The notes beneath the pieces were generated by a model. It saw only the letters and a program-made list of their open reading frames with translations. It had not been told where the DNA came from and did no database searches. Positions 8,765-14,617 of a DNA stretch of 32,367 nucleotides are shown here, one piece after another. A program made the translations under genes and the position numbers. The DNA lies in the NCBI GenBank assembly GCA_964449555.1, contig CAYUZR010000002.1:1-32367 (forward strand), read 5' to 3'. The first letter of the stretch is position 1. Each line of letters begins with the position of its first letter. Source of the stretch: an uncultured Candidatus Saccharibacteria bacterium. GTDB lineage: Bacteria; Patescibacteriota; Minisyncoccia; Phycocordibacterales; UBA12079.

Positions 8765-8799
8765 CTTAATCCCTAAATCTTACATCTTAAATCTGAAAT
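8765..8799. repeat. degenerate tandem heptamer array, consensus CTTAAAT, 5 units
   Basis: cttaatc cctaaat cttacat cttaaat ctgaaat. Confidence 0.7.
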
Positions 8800-8896
8800 T
8801 TGTAAAAATTTATTTAATTATATCACACAAAAAATTAACAAAATTTTATGGATGTAGATAAAATTTTAGTTGTAATTTCTAGCTGGGAATTTTCAG

Positions 8897-8933
8897 AAGA
8901 AAAAAAGAATTTTGACTTTAGTCAAAATTCTTT
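8897..8933 (-). terminator. intrinsic terminator after the glycerate kinase gene
   Basis: 13-bp stem aaagaattttgac (8904-8916) / gtcaaaattcttt (8921-8933), followed on the minus strand by a U-run. Confidence 0.7.
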
Positions 8934-8978
8934 ATTTACTAACATACTAACTTATAAACTTACTAACAGATTTTTATA

Positions 8979-10259
8979 TCATTCTTTCAGAACGATGTAA
9001 AAATCCGCCACATTACTCCCCGTTCTTCCTGTATCAATATGCCCTCCAACTTGTTTAAAGAAATTATAAGAATCATTGTTTTCAAGATATTTTTCAAAAT
9101 CAATTCTTTCATCCAAAACTTTTGCATACAAATTATAATCAGCAATTGCCCCAGCTACATCACTATTATCCCAACCATCAGAAGCTGAGCCAATAACAAC
9201 CATTCCATCCCTTATACTTGATAAAGCTCCCAACACAAATTCCTGATTTCTTCCCCCAACCCCATGTATATTTTTAACCCTAACAGTTGTTTCACCCCCC
9301 CACAAATGACAACTTCCTGGTAAATATTCTTTAGAAATCAATTGTTTACCCAGAACCTTTGCTTCTCCTTCTAATTTAGTATCTTCAATATAAGTATTAT
9401 ATCCAAACTCCTCTGCTTTTCTCTTCATCGCTTCTAAAGCAACTTTATTTGAACCTATTAAAATATTTTGGACTTTTTCAAAGTATTTTTTTTCTTTCGG
9501 AGTTTCAATTAATTTCACATCTAACAAATTAGCTGAATCTTCCATTTTATATTTTTTAAGAATTTTTTTAGCGTCATCAATTGTTGTATTATCCATTACT
9601 GTTGGCCCAGAAGCTATTACTGACAAATCATCGCCTGGAACATCAGACAAAATAAACGAAACTACCTTTGAAGGATAAGCTAATTTTGCAAATTGACCTC
9701 CTTTTATTTTAGAAATATGCTTTCTTACCGTATTCAACTCTGTAATATTTACTCCTCTGTCCATTAATTCATCAACAAATTGCTTTTGATTTTCACATGA
9801 AATTTTGTAAGGAGCACACATCAGAGAAGAACCTCCGCCTGAAATTAAATTTAGAATAAGATCTTTTTTTGTTGCTTTTTTTAAGATATCTATAATAGAG
9901 TTTGTTACGAAAATATTTTTTTCTGAAGGTAATGGATGAGAACCAACCTCAGATAATAAATGTTTTAAATTACCCTGCTTAACATCTAAAACAATCCCTT
10001 CGGTAATCCGATCACCTAACAAATCTTCAAAAACCTCAGCTGAAGCAACAGCACATTTTCCAATAGCAATTAAATAAATATTCTCAAAATCATCTAAACA
10101 AATATCATAATCTTCAAAACAAAGATTATTACCTTTTATAGAAACTTGTGAAGAAATAAGTCGCCCAGTCACAATAGCCTCATAACCTTCTTCCAAAATA
10201 TTTAGTGCATCTTTTTTTAATTTAGATGTAGCAAGTTCGTCTATATTTTTTATTATCAT
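8979..10259 (-). CDS. glycerate 2-kinase, MOFRL family (DUF4147 + MOFRL; TtuD/GckA-like)
   Basis: GKCAVASAE, GGGSSLMCAP, HLWGGETTV..KNIHGVGGRNQEF and GTGSNVADF near the C-terminus. TGA stop. Confidence 0.85.
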   Translation of the reverse strand: MIIKNIDELATSKLKKDALNILEEGYEAIVTGRLISSQVSIKGNNLCFEDYDICLDDFENIYLIAIGKCAVASAEVFEDLLGDRITEGIVLDVKQGNLKHLLSEVGSHPLPSEKNIFVTNSIIDILKKATKKDLILNLISGGGSSLMCAPYKISCENQKQFVDELMDRGVNITELNTVRKHISKIKGGQFAKLAYPSKVVSFILSDVPGDDLSVIASGPTVMDNTTIDDAKKILKKYKMEDSANLLDVKLIETPKEKKYFEKVQNILIGSNKVALEAMKRKAEEFGYNTYIEDTKLEGEAKVLGKQLISKEYLPGSCHLWGGETTVRVKNIHGVGGRNQEFVLGALSSIRDGMVVIGSASDGWDNSDVAGAIADYNLYAKVLDERIDFEKYLENNDSYNFFKQVGGHIDTGRTGSNVADFYIVLKE

Positions 10260-10264
10260 AGAAA

Positions 10265-10300
<36 letters not shown>

Positions 10301-10317
10301 ATAATTTTAATTTTATT

Positions 10318-10349
10318 AAAAAACCCCGAACAGATTACTCTGTTCGGGG
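10318..10349 (-). terminator. intrinsic terminator
   Basis: 10-bp GC-rich stem ccccgaacag (10324-10333) / ctgttcgggg (10340-10349) with a 6-nt loop, then six U on the minus strand (10318-10323). Confidence 0.9.
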
Positions 10350-10357
10350 AGTAACAA

Positions 10358-10630
10358 CTAAAGCTGTATCACCAAAACCGGTGTGTTAAGCATGGATGTC
10401 TCGAAATATGCATCCTCTGCAAATTCCTTACATCTTTTTAAAATCATACTAGCAGTTTCTCCTGTACATCGAGGAAGTCAATGTAACAGGCCAATCCCTC
10501 CAATCTCTTCAATAGGTAATTTGCTTGCTCCAATCTTTACCTTATTGTTTTTGTTTCTTTCTGTTTTTTGAGCAATTTCAGGAAGAGATTTGAGAAAACG
10601 ACATACTTTTTCTTTTTTTCCGCACGACAT
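10358..10630 (-). CDS. small Cys-rich hypothetical protein with one in-frame TGA (50 aa to the TGA at 10478-10480; 90 sense codons if decoded)
   Basis: GGAGGG (rc of 10638-10643) lies 7 nt before the ATG at 10630. MSCGKKEKVCRFLKSLPEIAQKTERNKNNKVKIGASKLPIEEIGGIGLLH-TGA-LPRCTGETASMILKRCKEFAEDAYFETSMLNTPVLVIQL-TAG. The terminator starts 9 nt after the TAG. Not in the ORF track. Confidence 0.55.
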
Positions 10631-10669
10631 TCTACTACCCTCCTTTTGTGTTAGTTTTTTGTTCTAAAC

Positions 10670-10861
10670 CTACCCTTCTCTTTCCCCGATAAGGAATAAC
10701 AATCCAAAAACAAGAACTAAACAAAGTACTGTTATTGCCATAAAACCATTATTAGTATCCTCGGGAGTCATAGGCGCAGAAAAAACATGAGATCCAATGC
10801 CTACAATTAAACAAAAAGCTAAAAACATTAAGATCTTTAGTATCAATTTAATGATCTTCAT
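10670..10861 (-). CDS. small membrane protein (63 aa, two hydrophobic helices)
   Basis: GGAGG lies 7 nt upstream of the ATG at 10861: MKIIKLILKILMFLAFCLIVGIGSHVF...ITVLCLVLVFGLLFLIGEREG. The track ORF 10670..10918 starts earlier at a site with no RBS. Confidence 0.6.
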   Translation of the reverse strand: MKIIKLILKILMFLAFCLIVGIGSHVFSAPMTPEDTNNGFMAITVLCLVLVFGLLFLIGEREG

Positions 10862-10927
10862 CAAAATACCTCCATTATTAGTGAAATTAAATTTAAATCT
10901 ACAAAAACAGTAACCCAAACATATAAA

Positions 10928-12574
10928 TTAAGCAAGAAAAAGTCGCCCGAATCGTATCTCATCATAATCAAAATCATCACCCAAAATTTTCTTAACAGGC
11001 GTAAGTTTTGTATCTTTTGTTTTTTTGAAAGCTTTCAATATTTTATCCAGCCTTTTCTTGTCAATTTCTTTTTTTAGATAGTTTAAATCAAGTTTCTTCT
11101 TTCCTTCTGATAACTTTTCTAGATGATTCATAATAGTCCCTTGGGTCTTTTTTCTTTCTTTTGCCATTTCTTCAATAGACATTTTTTTATCAATCAATTT
11201 CTTGGTTTTTTCGTAAGTTGTTAAAGATGCTTCTTTCATTTTTTTCTTTTCTTCTTTTGTTGGAAATATTTCTGAAAAATATTTTTGTTGTTTTTCCTTT
11301 TTTTCTTCTTCTGACAAATTACTCAACTCATCAACAACAATTTCAGAATTTTCCAAAAGTTCTTGGTCTAATTCTAAAATCTCTTTATTTACTTCTAGAG
11401 CAATTTTATTTAGTCCCATCAATCGTAAACCATTAAAAGATTTAATTCGAGAAAGAGCAACATAACCCATTCCTTCAACAAAAGACTTTGAAAGATCGAT
11501 TTCGGCCGCATCTAAACTCATTCCCTGACTTTTATGAATTGTAATTGCCCAAGCAAGTCTTAATGGAATTTGTTTTAATTGTGCTTTTATTTTTCCGTCT
11601 TCTTCTATTGTCCAAGTATCTGGTTCAACCTCAATAGTTCTACCAGCATAAGTTTTAACAACCGGAAAACCAACTCGATTAAATCCAATAACTTTTCCAA
11701 GTGTTCCGTTTACATATTTTTTTTGATGATTATTTTTTAAAAACATCACCACCGCACCCACTTTTAACCGCAAGACTTCTGGGGCTAAGCAAGATTTTTT
11801 TAGGGTTTCAACAAGTTTTTTTCTACCCTTGGTAGTCATTTCAAAAACTTTTAACTCTGCATCGATTTTTTCCAGTTCTGCTTCATTAATATCATCAATA
11901 TCAGCATTATGAGTGTAAAGTTTAGTCGGTAAAATATCACCTTCAATCTCTTTTCGATACCTTGTCCTAAGTGGTGCAAGAACTTTTTCTCCAATATCAT
12001 TTCTTCTAATATTATTTAACATTTCAACCAAAGCATTATCATCTTGTCGATACTGTTCTTGGAGATAGCAAATTTTTAAATCCATATTATTCCAAACACT
12101 AGATTTATTCACAAAAGAAATTTGTTCAGATTTTTTATTAATTGGTGGAAGTTGAAAAAAATCTCCCGCAAGAATTACTTGCATACCACCAAAAGGAAGA
12201 TTATTTTGCTTAAAACCCTGACAGACGCGATCCACCATATCTAAACGTTGATGATCGAGCATAGAGACTTCATCAATTATTAAAACTTTTGTCTTTTTAA
12301 AATTTTTAGCTAAATATTGTTTTTGAAGTAAAGCATCTAAATCCCATTCATCTAGATAATTCTTTATACCAATCCCTGCCCAAGAATGAATGGTTGCACC
12401 ACCCATATGGGTAGCAGCAATACCAGTTGAAGCGGTTATTCCAACTTTCACACCTTCTTCTTTAAGAAAACTTATATATTGATTAAGTAAGTGAGTCTTT
12501 CCTGATCCCGCAGCCCCAGTTAAATAAACATTATTCCCCATTTTTAAAATATCTAGCGCCTCAGATTGTTTCAT
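10928..12574 (-). CDS. PIF1/RecD-family (SF1B) DNA helicase with a C-terminal helix-turn-helix extension
   Basis: Walker A GAAGSGKTHLL, IIDEVSMLD, ILAGDFFQLPPI, ITIHKSQGMSLD. Lys-rich C-terminal ~130 aa resembling the helicase-associated HTH domain. Confidence 0.85.
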   Translation of the reverse strand: MKQSEALDILKMGNNVYLTGAAGSGKTHLLNQYISFLKEEGVKVGITASTGIAATHMGGATIHSWAGIGIKNYLDEWDLDALLQKQYLAKNFKKTKVLIIDEVSMLDHQRLDMVDRVCQGFKQNNLPFGGMQVILAGDFFQLPPINKKSEQISFVNKSSVWNNMDLKICYLQEQYRQDDNALVEMLNNIRRNDIGEKVLAPLRTRYRKEIEGDILPTKLYTHNADIDDINEAELEKIDAELKVFEMTTKGRKKLVETLKKSCLAPEVLRLKVGAVVMFLKNNHQKKYVNGTLGKVIGFNRVGFPVVKTYAGRTIEVEPDTWTIEEDGKIKAQLKQIPLRLAWAITIHKSQGMSLDAAEIDLSKSFVEGMGYVALSRIKSFNGLRLMGLNKIALEVNKEILELDQELLENSEIVVDELSNLSEEEKKEKQQKYFSEIFPTKEEKKKMKEASLTTYEKTKKLIDKKMSIEEMAKERKKTQGTIMNHLEKLSEGKKKLDLNYLKKEIDKKRLDKILKAFKKTKDTKLTPVKKILGDDFDYDEIRFGRLFLA

Positions 12575-12732
12575 CTCGTTAGAAATAGGAAATTAAAAAT
12601 TTCCGTATCTCAAAATTAAGATTGATAATAATATTATGATACTCGATATATCATCCCCGTACAAAATAAAAAACTAAAATCTCAAACGAGATTCATAATG
12701 AAAATATTATATCACAAATAAAATTACATTCT

Positions 12733-12772
12733 TTTTGTGCATTAAGGAACGATAGTTCCTTAATGCACAAAA
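12733..12772. repeat. perfect 18-bp-stem palindrome 3' of the PaaX-like gene
   Basis: ttttgtgcattaaggaac gata gttccttaatgcacaaaa. A near-copy lies at 13449-13484. Confidence 0.9.
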
Positions 12773-12807
12773 CTACTAGTACTACTAGCACTACTGATAC
12801 TACTTAT
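12772..12807. repeat. tandem nonamer array ACTACTNNT, 4 units
   Basis: actactagt actactagc actactgat actacttat. Confidence 0.85.
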
Positions 12808-12825
12808 ATCATATATTTATTACGT

Positions 12826-13416
12826 TTATTTTTCATCAGAAATTAAATTAAAAAAACTCTTAAGATGAGCTTCATTATCTACAGAATCAGCAATAACAAA
12901 CCGAACAAATTCCCTTGCTTCATAAGTTTCAATAATATAATCTATCTGATTTTTACAATCATACGGATGAACAAAAACACTTTTTTGAAATTCATAAAAA
13001 CCAATTGACTTCAAATGGCTCCACAAAGATTTTCTAACCGACTTTTTTTCTTCAGGGACATCGAAAAGAACAAATCTCCATTTTTTATCCCATTTTTTTG
13101 GTTTCTCTATTTCCATATTATCTATATCATAAGTAATCGCTTTTTTCTTACCCTCATCAGATAAGACAATTGTCACCGTCCCATCTTTATTCTTTTTCTC
13201 TTTGATTACTTTTGACTCATACAAAGCTTTTATCGATCTTTTTAGAAATCTTTTATCAAAATTTTTCCATTCATCAGAAAGTTCATCTACTATTTCAAAT
13301 TGTTTTCCTAAACTTCCAGCCAAACTCAAAGCAACCCCACCCCAAAGTAACAGGGCTATCTTTTTTTGCTTTTTTCCTAACCTTATTCCTTTTAATTTTT
13401 TATTTATTTTAACCAT
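12826..13416 (-). CDS. PaaX-like regulator (winged-helix N-terminal part plus Cas2-like ferredoxin-fold C-terminal part)
   Basis: W-x-W-RFVLFDVPEEKKSVRKSLWSHLKSIGFYEFQKSVFVHPYD matches the PaaX/Cas2-type beta-alpha-beta motif. The N-terminal half has the LSDEG...ITY pattern of PaaX-family wHTH domains. Confidence 0.65.
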   Translation of the reverse strand: MVKINKKLKGIRLGKKQKKIALLLWGGVALSLAGSLGKQFEIVDELSDEWKNFDKRFLKRSIKALYESKVIKEKKNKDGTVTIVLSDEGKKKAITYDIDNMEIEKPKKWDKKWRFVLFDVPEEKKSVRKSLWSHLKSIGFYEFQKSVFVHPYDCKNQIDYIIETYEAREFVRFVIADSVDNEAHLKSFFNLISDEK

Positions 13417-13448
13417 GGCTATATTGTTTATTGTACACTATACACCAC

Positions 13449-13484
13449 TTGTGCATTAAGGGACGATCGTTCTTTAATGCACAA
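13449..13484. repeat. palindrome copy 2, 5' of the PaaX-like gene and 3' of the cupin gene
   Basis: ttgtgcattaagggac gatc gttctttaatgcacaa. The half-site matches 12735-12750 at 15 of 16 positions. Two arm positions are G:T rather than G:C. Confidence 0.85.
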
Positions 13485-13522
13485 CAACTGAAAAAACTAA
13501 ATTTTCAATTGTTGTATTTAAA

Positions 13523-13927
13523 CTATTCTGTTGTTGTTCCGTCAAAATGGTCATTATCGTGATCGGCTTCAGCTTGTTCCTTTGTTTCGTGAACTACTCC
13601 GTCTTTGTGTTCTGGAGGTGAGTAAATTGTGTAAAGCTTCATCGCTTCTGTTTCTGAAGTATTGATGATGTTATGTTCTGTTCCTGCTGGAATTACCACA
13701 GCAAAATCATCTTCGATTAGAGTTTCCACTCCATCTAGAACCGCTTTTCCTTCTCCGTCCTCAATTCGAATAAACTGATCAATGTTTGAGTGAACCTCTG
13801 AACCAATTTCTTCCATTGGTTGTAAACTCATAACAACTAACTGACTATTTTTGCCAGTATAAAGTACTTTTCGAAAATTTGTATTTTCTTTTGTTAAATT
13901 TTCAATATTATTTATAAATCCTTTCAT
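13523..13927 (-). CDS. cupin-domain protein
   Basis: GSEVHSNIDQFIRIEDGEG...VVIPAGTEHNIINTS is the two-motif cupin_2 pattern. Acidic, His-containing tail. Confidence 0.75.
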   Translation of the reverse strand: MKGFINNIENLTKENTNFRKVLYTGKNSQLVVMSLQPMEEIGSEVHSNIDQFIRIEDGEGKAVLDGVETLIEDDFAVVIPAGTEHNIINTSETEAMKLYTIYSPPEHKDGVVHETKEQAEADHDNDHFDGTTTE

Positions 13928-13950
13928 GATATTTTTTTATTTATTAATAA

Positions 13951-14433
13951 TTATTTTTTAATTTGAACTGGATATTTAAAATCATTTTTTTCAATTTCGA
14001 TTATAGTTTTAAATTTTACACTACTTTCTTTTTTAATAAACTGCCACGAACCTTTTGGGTTATTTTCAAAACCTTTTTGATCAAGAACATACACAAAACC
14101 TCTTTCTTTTTCAGCTTTTTCTACTTGTTTTTTAGAATCTATATTTAAAATTAAAGGATTATCATCATTTATAAAATACGGATACACTAAATTTACACCG
14201 ACATTTGAATATAACGATTTCAGTATTGCGATAGCTGAATTATTGGTTGCAAAGATTTTACCGTTACTAGACCTTACTTCTTCATCGATTTGGTATGCAG
14301 AACCGTGTAGTAACTTTTTTTGTTTATTGACAAGATGTTGTAAAAAGTTTTCTGTTGTAATACCTTTGTCTTTTAATTCTTTCAACTTTTCTAAAGAAAT
14401 AGTATTGGAACTCTCTTTCCTATCATTATTCAA
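13951..14433 (-). CDS. hypothetical protein (160 aa)
   Basis: Long ORF in the operon orientation. No family recognised. Confidence 0.5.
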   Translation of the reverse strand: MNNDRKESSNTISLEKLKELKDKGITTENFLQHLVNKQKKLLHGSAYQIDEEVRSSNGKIFATNNSAIAILKSLYSNVGVNLVYPYFINDDNPLILNIDSKKQVEKAEKERGFVYVLDQKGFENNPKGSWQFIKKESSVKFKTIIEIEKNDFKYPVQIKK

Positions 14434-14493
14434 ATTTTTATGAATTAGTTCTTAACTTTACCACAACAATATCTATATTTTTTGTACATCAAC

Positions 14494-14617
14494 TAAATAA
14501 TCCAAAATTGGATGAAGTTCGAGGAAGTTTTGTTAAAATTGTTTGAGCCGCATAGCAATACGGTGAAAATAATTTTTGCAAAAATGACGAAGAAATTCGC
14601 CAATTTTGGATTATTTA
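14494..14617. repeat. long hairpin element C with perfect 18-bp terminal inverted repeats; contains the secA stop
   Basis: taaataatccaaaattgg (14494-14511) is the exact reverse complement of ccaattttggattattta (14600-14617). The interior pairs imperfectly. Same family as 6161-6321. Confidence 0.85.

Noticed and set aside
10350-10640. GC-richer islands at 10350-10640 and 17215-17720 as structured RNA genes (tmRNA, RNase P RNA, SRP/6S RNA) in an AT-rich genome
   Set aside because: I could not find hallmark motifs on either strand. I looked for the tRNA-like GGTTCGAATCC-type 3' end of tmRNA and the GAGGAAAGTCC-type RNase P CR-I. Both regions start with a strong SD plus ATG and stay open in one frame except for a single TGA, which fits coding sequence better.
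10862-10918. Longer version of the small membrane protein ORF (10670..10918, starting MGYCFCRFKF)
   Set aside because: The upstream start has no ribosome-binding site. The ATG at 10861 has GGAGG at a 7-nt spacing and begins a typical signal/TM helix.
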